A stretch of 53,483 nt of DNA, from contig JBGQFO010000005.1 of NCBI GenBank assembly GCA_041496945.1, forward strand, positions 1 to 53,483, in the 5' to 3' direction. Position 1 is the stretch's first letter, and each line of letters opens with the position of its first letter. Positions 26,498 through 35,674 of this stretch are shown here, piece after piece. The notes under the pieces were generated by a model. The model saw nothing but the letters and a program-made list of their open reading frames with translations. It was not told the DNA's origin and did not search any database. Both the position numbers and the translations under genes were made by a program. This DNA is from Candidatus Limnocylindria bacterium. Its GTDB lineage: Bacteria > Chloroflexota > Limnocylindria > P2-11E.

Positions 26498-27601
26498 GTG
26501 ATCGCGCTCGGTCTCATGTCGGGGACCTCGGGCGACGGCGTCGACGCCGCGGCGATCGAGCTCGACGTGCCCGTCGGCGAGGGCGGCGTCCGCGTGCTCG
26601 CGACGGCGAGCGCCCGCTACCCCGCGGTCCTGCGTACGGCGGTGCTGGCCCTGGGAGAAGGGGGTCCCGCGCAGGCTTCCGAGATCGCGCGCCTCCATGG
26701 CCTGCTGGGGGACGAATACGCCGGTCTCGCCGCGCGGGTGATCGCCGACCTGGGCCGTCGGCCCGACGTCATCGCGCTGCACGGTCAGACGGTCGCCCAC
26801 CTGCCGGACGAGCACGTCACGCTGCAGCTCGGCGACGCCGCGCGCGTCGCGAGCCGCACCGGTGCGGTCACGGTCAACGACTTCCGCAGCGCCGACGTCG
26901 CCGCGGGTGGCCAGGGCGCGCCCCTCGTGCCCTTCGCGGACCTCGTCCTGTTCGCGCGGCTCGCGCCCGTCGCCACGCTGAACCTCGGCGGGATCGCGAA
27001 CCTCACGATCATCCCGAACGCGCGTCCCGAAGCGGTCGTCGCGTTCGACACCGGCCCGGGGAACATGGTCCTCGACGGCGTCTCCGCGGCCATCGGCGCG
27101 ACGCACGACATCGACGGGCGCGGCGGGGCCCGCGGGAACGTCGACCAGGCGGCGCTCGGCGAGCTCATGCGCGAGCCGTATTTCGCGCGCCGCGCACCGA
27201 AGAGCACCGGGCGCGAGCTGTTCGGTGCCGCGTTCGCGCAACGCGCACGTGACCTGGTGGTCTCGCACGGCAGGTCCCATGACGACGCCCTCGCCACGGC
27301 CACGGCGCTCACGGCGTGGTCGATCGGCGAAGCGCTGCGGCGCGAGTCAACGCGCCCGGTGTCGCGCGTCCTCGTCGCCGGTGGTGGCGCGCGGAACCCG
27401 TCCCTCCTCCGCATGCTCGCCGACGCGCTCGCGCCGACCCCGCTCGAGACCACCGACACGTTCGGCGTGCCGTCCGCGTATCGCGAGGCCATCGCCTTCG
27501 CGATCCTCGCTGCGTACCGGTTCCGCGGTCTGACCAACACGCTGCCCTCCGCGACCGGCGCGTCGCGCGCCGTCTCGGCCGGCGCGCTCCATCTACCGTG
27601 A
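26498..27601 (+). CDS. anmK: Anhydro-N-acetylmuramic acid kinase
   Basis: GLMSGTS.DGVD, HGQT, DFR.AD.A.GGQGAPLVP, NLGGIAN, FDTGPGN, KSTGRE.F. Confidence 0.95.
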   Translation: MIALGLMSGTSGDGVDAAAIELDVPVGEGGVRVLATASARYPAVLRTAVLALGEGGPAQASEIARLHGLLGDEYAGLAARVIADLGRRPDVIALHGQTVAHLPDEHVTLQLGDAARVASRTGAVTVNDFRSADVAAGGQGAPLVPFADLVLFARLAPVATLNLGGIANLTIIPNARPEAVVAFDTGPGNMVLDGVSAAIGATHDIDGRGGARGNVDQAALGELMREPYFARRAPKSTGRELFGAAFAQRARDLVVSHGRSHDDALATATALTAWSIGEALRRESTRPVSRVLVAGGGARNPSLLRMLADALAPTPLETTDTFGVPSAYREAIAFAILAAYRFRGLTNTLPSATGASRAVSAGALHLP

Positions 27602-27605
27602 TCAC

Positions 27606-28520
27606 ATGAAGGGCGGGCTGGTCGTCGGCATCGACGCCGGCGGCACGAAGACGCGGGCCTTCGCCGTCGACCGCGCGGGAGTGGTCGTCGGCCGCGGTGC
27701 GGGTGGCGGCGGGAACCTGCTCTCGTCGTCGGATCCGCAGGGCTCCATCGGTGCGGCGCTCAACGGGGCCCTCGGCGGCAGATCGGCGGACGCCGTCGTG
27801 CTCTCGGCCGCGGGTGGCGATCGGAAGGCCGATCGCGAGCGCGGGCGCGAGCTCCTCGCGCGGGTCGCGCCGGCGGGCGCGCAGCTGCTCGTCACGCACG
27901 ACGCGATCGCGGCCTTGTACGCCGGGAACCCCGCGGGCTGCGGCGTCGTGCTCATCGCGGGCACGGGCTCGATCGCCTACGGCCGCAATGAAGAAGGAGA
28001 GGAGGACCGCGCCGGCGGCTGGGGGCACCTCATCGGGGACGAGGGCTCCGCGGTGTGGTGCGGGCTCGAGGCGCTGCGCGCGGTCGCTCATGCCGTGGAC
28101 GGGCGCGGCGCGCCGACGCGGCTCACGCAGCTGCTGCTCGGGGAGCTCGGCGTCGCGGAGTTCGCGGACGTGCTTCCGCACCTCTACGGACGGCCGCATC
28201 CGGCGCCCGCGACCCTGGCCGCCACGCGCGCCCTCGCGGTCGCCTCGAGCGAAGGCGATGCCGCCGCGAGCTCGATCCTGCAGCGCGGCGCGGTCGCGCT
28301 CGCGCGCGCGGCCGCGGTCGTGGCGCTCGGCCTGGTCCTTCCCGGGGGTCCGGTGTACCTCTCTGGTGGCGCGTTCGAGACGCTCCCACTGCTCCAGCAG
28401 CTCGTCCGTCTCGAGCTCCTGGGCGTGCTTCCGCGGGCGAGCGTGGAGCCCGTGCGCGAGGAGCCCGCGATGGGCGCTGCGCGAATGGCGATGGAGCTCG
28501 CGTGGAGCACGCCGCGATGA
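27606..28520 (+). CDS. BadF/BadG/BcrA/BcrD-type N-acetylglucosamine/MurNAc kinase
   Basis: GIDAGGTKT, HDA, IAGTGSI, GGWG..IGDEGS. Confidence 0.88.
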   Translation: MKGGLVVGIDAGGTKTRAFAVDRAGVVVGRGAGGGGNLLSSSDPQGSIGAALNGALGGRSADAVVLSAAGGDRKADRERGRELLARVAPAGAQLLVTHDAIAALYAGNPAGCGVVLIAGTGSIAYGRNEEGEEDRAGGWGHLIGDEGSAVWCGLEALRAVAHAVDGRGAPTRLTQLLLGELGVAEFADVLPHLYGRPHPAPATLAATRALAVASSEGDAAASSILQRGAVALARAAAVVALGLVLPGGPVYLSGGAFETLPLLQQLVRLELLGVLPRASVEPVREEPAMGAARMAMELAWSTPR

Positions 28521-28536
28521 CACCCCGGGACGAACG

Positions 28537-29358
28537 ATGAGCGGCGCGGACCGCCGCACCGAGGCGCGCAATCCGCGCGCCGCCGCGCTCGCGACCCTCA
28601 GCACGCGACAGATCCTCGAGCTCATGAACGACGAGGACGCGAGCGTGCCGGCGGCCGTCCGCGGCGCGATCACGGCGATCGCGCAAGCGACGGACGAGAC
28701 CGCGTCGGCCATCGCGAAGGGCGGTCGCCTTCGCTACTTCGGTGCGGGCACGAGCGGGCGTCTTGGCGTGCTCGACGCGAGCGAGGCCTCGCCCACGTTC
28801 GGCGTCGGCGAGCAGGTGGTGCGCGGCGTCATCGCCGGCGGTGACGAGGCCCTGCGCAGCTCGATCGAAGGCGCGGAGGATGACGCCGGCGCGGGCGCAC
28901 GCGACGCGCGCGAGCACGTGCGGTCGGGCGATGTCGTCGTCGGCATCTCGGCTTCGGGCCGTGCCCGATACGTCATCGCCGCGCTGGTCATGGCGCGCGA
29001 GATCGGCGCGCGGACGGTCGCGCTCACCTGCGACGCGACGTCGCCCCTGGTGACCGACGCCCACATCGTCATCGCGCTCGACGTCGGTCCGGAGGTGCTC
29101 GCCGGTTCGAGCCGCCTCAAGGCCGGCACGGCGGCGAAGCTCGTCCTCAACATGCTCTCGACCGCCGCGATGATCCGCGCCGGCCGCACGCGAGGCGACC
29201 TCATGGTCGATCTCCGCGCCACGAACGCGAAGCTGCGCGAGCGTGCGGTCCGCATGGTCCGCGACGAGACCGGCCTCGACGAGAACGCGGCACGCGCCGC
29301 CCTCGAGGCGCACGCCTGGAGCGTGCGGCAGACCCTCGAAGCTCATCGCCAGCGCTGA
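28537..29358 (+). CDS. murQ: N-acetylmuramic acid 6-phosphate etherase
   Basis: TE.RNP, GAGTSGRLG.LDASE..PTF, GPEV..GS.RLKAGTA.K..LNM.ST, N.KL..R. Confidence 0.95.
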   Translation: MSGADRRTEARNPRAAALATLSTRQILELMNDEDASVPAAVRGAITAIAQATDETASAIAKGGRLRYFGAGTSGRLGVLDASEASPTFGVGEQVVRGVIAGGDEALRSSIEGAEDDAGAGARDAREHVRSGDVVVGISASGRARYVIAALVMAREIGARTVALTCDATSPLVTDAHIVIALDVGPEVLAGSSRLKAGTAAKLVLNMLSTAAMIRAGRTRGDLMVDLRATNAKLRERAVRMVRDETGLDENAARAALEAHAWSVRQTLEAHRQR

Positions 29359-29387
29359 AAGTCCGGCCAGACCTATCATCACCGCCC

Positions 29388-29834
29388 GTGCCTGAACAGC
29401 CGACACCAACACCGGTGGCACCCGCACCGCCCAGGGCGGAGGAGACGCGGCCCGACCCGCTCGCGGCGTCGGTCGCGGCTGCGGTGAGCAAGCTCCGGCG
29501 CGACGCGGGGCTCTCCGAGCGCGCCGCGGCGAAGAGGCTCGGCACCTCGCAGACCCAGCTCCGGCGCATGGAGGATCCGCGGTACCTCCCATCGCTCCGT
29601 TCTCTCGCGCGCGTGGCCCAGGCCTATGGCGCGCAGCTCAAGGTGGCGTTCGAAGCGCAGGACGAGAAGTCCAAGGAGCGCGCGACTGCGCCGAAGGCCG
29701 CCGCGCCGAAGCCGTCGCCGGCGGTGAAGCCCGCGCGGACCGCAGCCGCGTCGACCTCACGAAGTCGGCGACCTGCGGGTCGTGCCCGCGGCGTACGAGC
29801 CAAGACGCGACGCGCGCCGCGACGCCGCGGCTAG
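29388..29834 (+). CDS. XRE-family HTH protein with Ala/Lys/Arg-rich tail
   Basis: LRRDAGLS...AA..LGTSQ..L.R.E....PSL.SL.R.A; TATCAT 8 nt before the GTG. Confidence 0.75.
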   Translation: MPEQPTPTPVAPAPPRAEETRPDPLAASVAAAVSKLRRDAGLSERAAAKRLGTSQTQLRRMEDPRYLPSLRSLARVAQAYGAQLKVAFEAQDEKSKERATAPKAAAPKPSPAVKPARTAAASTSRSRRPAGRARGVRAKTRRAPRRRG

Positions 29835-29913
29835 TACCAGGGGGGCAGGACCACCGTCATCCTTGTTCGCGCATCCGCCGGTGCCGAGCATGCCCGGTCC
29901 AAGGGGAGGCGCG

Positions 29914-30465
29914 GTGACCCATCCGCTCCACTGGGCTCTGTCTGTCGTCGGTCGCGTCGATCCGCGCGCCCGGCTCTCCGAACGCGTCGCGCTCTACCTT
30001 GACCAGCACCTTCCCGACGACCACGTCGTCCTCGCGCGCCACGCGCCGCGTGACGGGGGCGAGCGCATCCCGATCGTGATCATCGACCGCCGCGGCCTGG
30101 TCGTCATCGAGCCACGCGACGACGAGGGCGACCTGGTCTGCTATCAGGACCACTGGTACCGCCGGATCGACGGCGGGGTCGCGCAGAGCATCGGCGACGC
30201 ACCTTCGATCCGCGCGCGCGAGAACGCGAAACGCCTGCACCGCGATCTCGGGACAGGCGGCGTCACGAATGTGCCGGTGGACGCGCTCGTCCTCCTGACA
30301 CGCGCCCGGCCCGATGACGTGCGCAGCTCGTGCGTTCCCGTGATCGCCGGTCTCGATCCGCTCGTCCGGCACCTGCTCGCGCGCGACGTGAGCCCCGCGG
30401 ACCCCGACCGGACGCGCGCGGTCACCGCGGCGCTCGCGCACAACATCAACCTCGCGATGGTCTAA
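29914..30465 (+). CDS. NERD-like domain protein (degenerate PD-(D/E)xK)
   Basis: E.V...L...LPDD.VV, I..VII...GL.VIE, G......W; SD GGGGAGG before the GTG at 29914. Confidence 0.6.
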   Translation: MTHPLHWALSVVGRVDPRARLSERVALYLDQHLPDDHVVLARHAPRDGGERIPIVIIDRRGLVVIEPRDDEGDLVCYQDHWYRRIDGGVAQSIGDAPSIRARENAKRLHRDLGTGGVTNVPVDALVLLTRARPDDVRSSCVPVIAGLDPLVRHLLARDVSPADPDRTRAVTAALAHNINLAMV

Positions 30466-30474
30466 GCGCGCGCG

Positions 30475-31293
30475 CTAGGCACCGACGGGCTTGGGGACAC
30501 GAAGAGCGGCGAAGAGGTCGGTCTCCAGCGGCGGTCCACCCGGGTCGGGGAATGCGCGGATGAAGGCCTCCTCCCGCATGAGCTCCCCGGCCTTCGTGCG
30601 GACGCGGTTCCACATGTTGAGATCGGGCGATTGCGTCCGGTGGGCCTGCATCGCGTTGATCTTCAGGGCCTCGTACTTCGTGATGTCGATCGCCGCGCCC
30701 AGCCGATCGCGTGTCCAGCGCTGCGGCTTCACCGCGAGCGTTCCCATGTAGTCGGCGAATCCGGATTCCAGGCGCAGGAGGCTCTCGACGAATTCGGCGC
30801 CGACCACGAAGCGATAGCAGCGCTTCACGTGCACGTGATCGCCGAGCTCGGGTTCGTGACGCGCGATGCCAGCGAGCTCCACCGCGCGCAGCGCGCGCAG
30901 CCCGGTCGCGATGTGGTCGGGATGTCCGTAGCCGCCATCGGGCCCCCAGGTGATCACGACATCGGGCCGCACGCGGCGAAGCCAGCGGACGATGTCCCGG
31001 ATCACGTACTCCTCGTTGACACCCTCGACGCCGCCGTCCGGGTACTTGAGGCAGGTGACCGAAGCCACGCCCATGCGCCGTCCGGCCTCCGCGAGCTCGA
31101 GCGCGCGCGTCGCGCCGACCTTCTCGCGTGCCACGGTCGGCGAGCCCTCGCCGCCGGCCCAGCCCTTCTCGCCCTCGGTGAGGCAGAGGCTGTGGACGGC
31201 GATGCCCTCCATCGCATAGCGGAGGATCGTGCCACCCGTGCCGAAGGTCTCGTCGTCGGGGTGCGCGAGGATCGTCGCGAGCGTTCCCTTCAT
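30475..31293 (-). CDS. PIG-L family deacetylase (MshB/Mca/BshB-like)
   Basis: AHPDDE, T.GE.G, RPDVVIT.GPDGGYGHPDH, H.TQ. Confidence 0.92.
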   Translation of the reverse strand: MKGTLATILAHPDDETFGTGGTILRYAMEGIAVHSLCLTEGEKGWAGGEGSPTVAREKVGATRALELAEAGRRMGVASVTCLKYPDGGVEGVNEEYVIRDIVRWLRRVRPDVVITWGPDGGYGHPDHIATGLRALRAVELAGIARHEPELGDHVHVKRCYRFVVGAEFVESLLRLESGFADYMGTLAVKPQRWTRDRLGAAIDITKYEALKINAMQAHRTQSPDLNMWNRVRTKAGELMREEAFIRAFPDPGGPPLETDLFAALRVPKPVGA

Positions 31294-31329
31294 CGCTGGG
31301 CACGATACCGCGCCGTATGCTCGTCCAGC

Positions 31330-32016
31330 ATGAGCGGCACCGCCCGCATCGTCGTCGTCGAGGACGACATGTCCGTTGCGGAGCTCGTCACCCTGTACCT
31401 GCGGAACGCCGGGTTCATCGTCGAGCACGCCCCCACGGGTGCGCGCGCCCGTGCGCTCTTCGACGAGATGCACCCGGCCCTGGTGGTCCTCGACCTCGGA
31501 CTTCCGGATGCCGACGGCATCGACCTCCTGAAGGAGCTGCGCGCGAAGGCCGATACGCCGGTCCTGGCCCTGACCGCGCGCGCGGAGGACGCGCAGCGGA
31601 TCGCCGGGCTGGACGCCGGCATGGACGACTACATGACCAAGCCGTTCAACCCAAAGGAGCTCGTCTCGCGCGTGCGTGCGATCCTTCGGCGCGCCTCGGG
31701 GATGCCGGGGGGCGGTCGCGTGCTCAGCGTGGGGAACGTCACGCTCGACCCGGCGCACCACGAGGTGCGCGTCGGCGAGACGCTGGTGACGCTCCGCGCG
31801 AAGGAGTTCGAGCTGCTCGAAGCGTTCTGCCGGCAGCCGGGGATCGTTCTTACACGGGACAAACTTCTGGAGGACGTCTGGGGCTTCGCGTATCCGGGTG
31901 AGACGCGCACTGTGGACGTGCACGTGAAGCAGCTGCGCGACAAGCTCGTCGGCGCCGACGCGAAGATCGAGACGGTCTGGGGAGTCGGCTACAAGCTGGT
32001 CTCTCCGGCCGGCTGA
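31330..32016 (+). CDS. OmpR-family response regulator
   Basis: VEDD, LDLGLP..DG, DDY.TKPF, winged helix RTVDVH...LR.K, TVWGVGYK. Confidence 0.95.
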   Translation: MSGTARIVVVEDDMSVAELVTLYLRNAGFIVEHAPTGARARALFDEMHPALVVLDLGLPDADGIDLLKELRAKADTPVLALTARAEDAQRIAGLDAGMDDYMTKPFNPKELVSRVRAILRRASGMPGGGRVLSVGNVTLDPAHHEVRVGETLVTLRAKEFELLEAFCRQPGIVLTRDKLLEDVWGFAYPGETRTVDVHVKQLRDKLVGADAKIETVWGVGYKLVSPAG

Positions 32017-33383
32017 TGTTCCGCAGCGTCGGCGGCCGGCTGTTCCTCTCCTATCTCGCCGTCGTCGTCGTCGGTCTGCTGGCGGCGTCGCTCACCATCT
32101 CGGGCCTGCTCGTCCGTTACGAGAACGAGGTGCTCCAGCTGCGCCTCGCCGAGCTCTCTGCGCCACTGCTCACCGCGATGACGTCCGCGCTCCGCGCGAA
32201 CCAGCAGCCCGGTGCCGTGGTCGACGCGCTCACCGAGCAGGCGAAGTCGGCGAACGCGCGCCTCCTCATCATCACCAGCGCGCGGCGCGTCCTCGTCGAC
32301 AGCGAGAACACGCTCACGAACCAGACGCTCGATCGGCCGACGAACGGCAATTTCGGCTCCTTCACCGACAAGCAGGATCAGTGGCTCTTCCAGCAGCAGA
32401 TATTCCGGCCGAACGCCACCGGCGTCCTCCCCGCGATCATCGTGGTCGCGCGCCCACGCGCCGCGTTCGCCGACGCGCTGCGGATCCTGCTGCCGTCGCT
32501 CGCGGTCGCGGGCGCGGTCGCGGCGGGATTCGCGCTCATCGTCGCCGGGCTGCTCTCGCGCACGATCACGCGCCCGCTGCGTGACCTCGTCGCGACGGCG
32601 CGGCGCTTCGCACGCGGCGACTACCGCGCGCGCGTCACGGTCACGGGCCCGAGCGAGGTCGCCGAGCTCGGCGGCGCGTTCAACGACATGGCCGGTGAGA
32701 TCGAACGCGCCCGCGGCAGCGAGCAGGCCTTCCTCGCCGATATCTCGCACGAGCTTCGCACGCCGCTCACCTCGATCCAGGGATTCGCGCAGGCGATCAG
32801 CGAGGGCGAGGCCAGCGGGGCCGCGATCACCCCGGCGGCGAACATCATCCAGCGTGAGTCGCGCCGACTCATGCGCATGGTCGAGGGTCTCCTCCAGGTC
32901 GCGCGCCTCCAATCCGGTGCGCAGGAGCTCGCGAGGGAGCGGGTCGAGCCGTCGGCGCTGCTCGCGACGGCGCGCGCCGCGCTCGAGCCACAGGCGCAGG
33001 AGGCCGGCGTGCGGTTCGCATTCGCGGAAGCGCCGGATCTGCCGGTGGTGCGCGGGGATCCCGATCGGCTCGCCCAGCTGTTCCTGAATCTGCTCGACAA
33101 CGCGGTGAAGCACTCGCCGAAGGGCGGCGTCATCGCGGTCAGCGCGACGCAGAGCGACGGCCACGCGGTCGTGACCGTGCGCGACCAGGGCTCGGGGCTG
33201 CCGCAGGGCGCGGACAAGCGGCTCTTCCGGCGCTTCTACCGCGGCGAGAACGCGCATCAGGGCGGCGCGGGCCTCGGGCTCGCGATCGCGCAGGCGATCG
33301 CCGAAGCCCACGGCGGCTCGATCACCGCGAGGAACATCGACGCCGGCGGCGCGGAGTTCACGGTGCGGCTGCCCTCGGCCTGA
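32016..33383 (+). CDS. HAMP-domain sensor histidine kinase
   Basis: 2 TM, HAMP, SHELRTPLT, NLLDNA.K, D.G.G, G.GLGL.I. Confidence 0.95.
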   Translation: MFRSVGGRLFLSYLAVVVVGLLAASLTISGLLVRYENEVLQLRLAELSAPLLTAMTSALRANQQPGAVVDALTEQAKSANARLLIITSARRVLVDSENTLTNQTLDRPTNGNFGSFTDKQDQWLFQQQIFRPNATGVLPAIIVVARPRAAFADALRILLPSLAVAGAVAAGFALIVAGLLSRTITRPLRDLVATARRFARGDYRARVTVTGPSEVAELGGAFNDMAGEIERARGSEQAFLADISHELRTPLTSIQGFAQAISEGEASGAAITPAANIIQRESRRLMRMVEGLLQVARLQSGAQELARERVEPSALLATARAALEPQAQEAGVRFAFAEAPDLPVVRGDPDRLAQLFLNLLDNAVKHSPKGGVIAVSATQSDGHAVVTVRDQGSGLPQGADKRLFRRFYRGENAHQGGAGLGLAIAQAIAEAHGGSITARNIDAGGAEFTVRLPSA

Positions 33384-33415
33384 CCGGGCTCGCGGGCCGT
33401 ATCCTCCATCTCCTC

Positions 33416-34000
33416 ATGGCGCTCGGCGGGATCATCAGAGGGAAGCGCACCACGCTCCGCACGCCGACCGAGGACGACCTCGGCGCGTACGGGCGATGGA
33501 TGTCGGACATGCGCGTGCGCGCCCTCGTGCGCCCATGGCACGAGCCGGCGATGCCGGCGACGTGGAAGGAGCGCCTGACCGAACAGACGAAGGAGAAGAA
33601 CGGCGCGCTCTGGTCGATCGAGGCCGACGGCGGGGTCGTCGGTCTGGTCCGGGTCGGCTTCGGCTGGGAGCCGCATCGCGACACCGCGCACCTCCACGAC
33701 CTCGTCGTCGACCCGGACGAATGGCGAAAGGGCCACGGTTTCGACGCGTCGCTCGCGCTGCACCGCTACCTCTTCGACTACCTCGATCTCCGGCGGGTGA
33801 CCGTGAACTTCACCGTCGAGAACGCCGGCGCGCGGCGCATCGCCGACCGGCTCGGCTACGTCGAGTTCGCGCACAAGCACGAGGTCCACTTTCGAGACGG
33901 GGCCTATGTCGACGAGCTCGAGCTGCTGATGGAGCGGCCGGTGTGGGACGAGCGCTGGGGCAAGACCGAGCGCGAATACCAGCCGCTGGGAGCGCGCTGA
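33416..34000 (+). CDS. GNAT acetyltransferase (RimJ/RimL-like)
   Basis: LR.PTE.D, W.KG.G, L.L.RV, N..A....LGY, F.DG.Y.D. Confidence 0.85.
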   Translation: MALGGIIRGKRTTLRTPTEDDLGAYGRWMSDMRVRALVRPWHEPAMPATWKERLTEQTKEKNGALWSIEADGGVVGLVRVGFGWEPHRDTAHLHDLVVDPDEWRKGHGFDASLALHRYLFDYLDLRRVTVNFTVENAGARRIADRLGYVEFAHKHEVHFRDGAYVDELELLMERPVWDERWGKTEREYQPLGAR

Positions 34001-34560
34001 TGTTCGGACCCCGGATCATCGGCGACGACGGCGTCGAGCTGCGAACGCCGACGCTCGAGGATTACCACCTCTTCGCGAAGTGGCAGCTCGAGCCCGCGGT
34101 CACGCGCTTCTGGGGACCGCGGCTGCAGGACGAGCCGCCGTCGGGCGCCGAGGAGCGCATGAAGAAGGACGGCGAGAGCCGGACCTCGCTCCTGTGGACG
34201 ATCGCGTACGCAGACGAGCCGGTGGGCTTCACCGGCATCTTCGGCATCGATTGGGTCCGGCGCGATGGTGAGACGGGGATCTTCATCGGCCGACACGATC
34301 TCTATGGCCGCGGGATCGCGAGCGAGACGGTGCGCCTGCGCATGGCCTACATCTGGAACGAGCTCGGTCTGCACCGCACCCACAACTGGATCGCACTCCC
34401 CAATCAGGGGAGCTGGCGCGCGAACAAGAAATCGGGGTACGCGCAGGTCGGCACATATCCGCGCGTGGGATTCCGATCGGGCGAATGGATCGACGAATGG
34501 CTGGGGGAGGCATTCCCACACACGTTCCCGCAGGATCGAATGCCACCACCGTGGAAGTAG
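34000..34560 (+). CDS. GNAT acetyltransferase (RimJ/RimL-like)
   Basis: GIFIG....GRGIA, ELGLHR, N..S.R...K.GY, G.W.D; TGATG coupling. Confidence 0.85.
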   Translation: MFGPRIIGDDGVELRTPTLEDYHLFAKWQLEPAVTRFWGPRLQDEPPSGAEERMKKDGESRTSLLWTIAYADEPVGFTGIFGIDWVRRDGETGIFIGRHDLYGRGIASETVRLRMAYIWNELGLHRTHNWIALPNQGSWRANKKSGYAQVGTYPRVGFRSGEWIDEWLGEAFPHTFPQDRMPPPWK

Positions 34561-34565
34561 TTTCC

Positions 34566-34574
34566 TGCTACCAT
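34566..34574 (+). promoter_or_regulatory. Extended -10 promoter for the zinc-ribbon gene
   Basis: TG-c-TACCAT. Confidence 0.5.
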
Positions 34575-34577
34575 TGA

Positions 34578-34700
34578 CGTTGTCCGAAAGGACAGCGGCG
34601 ACGAGAGTCATCCACGCGGGTCGAGTGAGGCGTTTCTTCCTCCCAAGCCCTGGCGAATGCTCAAGGCGTCAGCAACACATAAAGGGAGGAAGCTTCAAGA
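34578..34700 (+). ncRNA. Candidate cis-regulatory 5' UTR RNA
   Basis: Two GNRA hairpins plus a perfect 9-bp helix CTTCCTCCC (34636-34644) with GGGAGGAAG (34684-34692) covering the SD. Confidence 0.5.
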
Positions 34701-35027
34701 ATGAGCTTCACCGACAAGACCCTGACCTGCAAAGACTGCAGTCAGGAATTCATCTGGACTTCTGGGGAACAGGAGTTCTACCAGTCCCGCGGTCTCGTGA
34801 ACGAGCCAGGACGTTGTCCGTCCTGCCGCTCGGCACGGCGTGCTTCCGGCGGCGGCGCCGGCGGGTACAACCGCGAGGCGAGCGGTCCCCGTGAGTTCTT
34901 CACGGCGACCTGCAGCAACTGCGGGAACGAGGCGCGAGTCCCGTTCCAGCCACGTGGCGACAAGCCCGTGTACTGCAGCTCGTGCTTCGAGCAGGTCCGG
35001 CCGTCCGCTTCTCGTCGTTACGCCTAA
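34701..35027 (+). CDS. Zinc-ribbon protein (zf-trcl plus CxxC-x17-CxxC domain)
   Basis: DKTL.CKDC..EF....GEQEFY..RG..NEP.RC..CR and C..CG....VPF.P....PVYC..CF; strong SD. Confidence 0.92.
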   Translation: MSFTDKTLTCKDCSQEFIWTSGEQEFYQSRGLVNEPGRCPSCRSARRASGGGAGGYNREASGPREFFTATCSNCGNEARVPFQPRGDKPVYCSSCFEQVRPSASRRYA

Positions 35028-35050
35028 CCGCTAACAGCAGAAGACAGAGG

Positions 35051-35080
35051 GAGCCCGTCGCAAGACGGGCTCTTTTCTTT
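35051..35080 (+). terminator. Rho-independent terminator
   Basis: GAGCCCGTC-GCAA-GACGGGCTC then TTTTCTTT. Confidence 0.88.
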
Positions 35081-35674
35081 CTACTTCAATCTCTCGAGCC
35101 AGCGATGGCCGGGGTCGACCGTCCAGAGCCACGCCGTGAGCGTCGCGCGATGCGCCGGATCCAGACGCGGGAGCACGGTGAGCAGATCGGCCTCGTCGCT
35201 GGGGCGCGCGCCCTTCGACTTGTAGAGCAGCTGGATGTCCGGCCGGATGTACGGGATGCCGTCGTTACTGAAGCGGCCGATGTCCTTCGCCAGCGCGCCG
35301 ATGTCGTTGTTGCGGCGGTAGGTCCAGCGCGTGCCCTGGCGCTCCTCGACGAGTACCTCGAGCTGCCAGGCCTCGTGGCCCCTCTCGCGTGCCCAGAGCT
35401 CGTGCGCCGAGCCGGCCAGCGGCCCCTTCTCCCACGGCACGAGGTCGCCCTGCTGCGCGATGACGTATTCCCACCCCACCAGGTGCGCGCGGATGCGCTC
35501 CTCGTCGCCGCGGAGGACCGCGATCTCGATGTCGTGATGGGCGCGCGTCTGCCGGCCGAGGAACAGGTCGAGCGCCCAGCCGCCGGCGATCCACCACGGC
35601 ACGGCGATCCCCCGCAGGAGCTCGGCGACCTGCTGCGGCGCGAGCGGCTCCCACCGCGGGGTCTCCGGTGTCAT
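35081..35674 (-). CDS. Nucleotidyltransferase, ANT(2'')/Lnu-like family
   Basis: WWIAGGWALDLFLG..TR.H.DI, P.I.P.IQLLYK. Confidence 0.8.
   Translation of the reverse strand: MTPETPRWEPLAPQQVAELLRGIAVPWWIAGGWALDLFLGRQTRAHHDIEIAVLRGDEERIRAHLVGWEYVIAQQGDLVPWEKGPLAGSAHELWARERGHEAWQLEVLVEERQGTRWTYRRNNDIGALAKDIGRFSNDGIPYIRPDIQLLYKSKGARPSDEADLLTVLPRLDPAHRATLTAWLWTVDPGHRWLERLK

Noticed and set aside
35081-35674. Acquired aminoglycoside resistance gene
   Set aside because: Only family-level motifs; native-looking codon usage, chromosomal operon context, no mobile element
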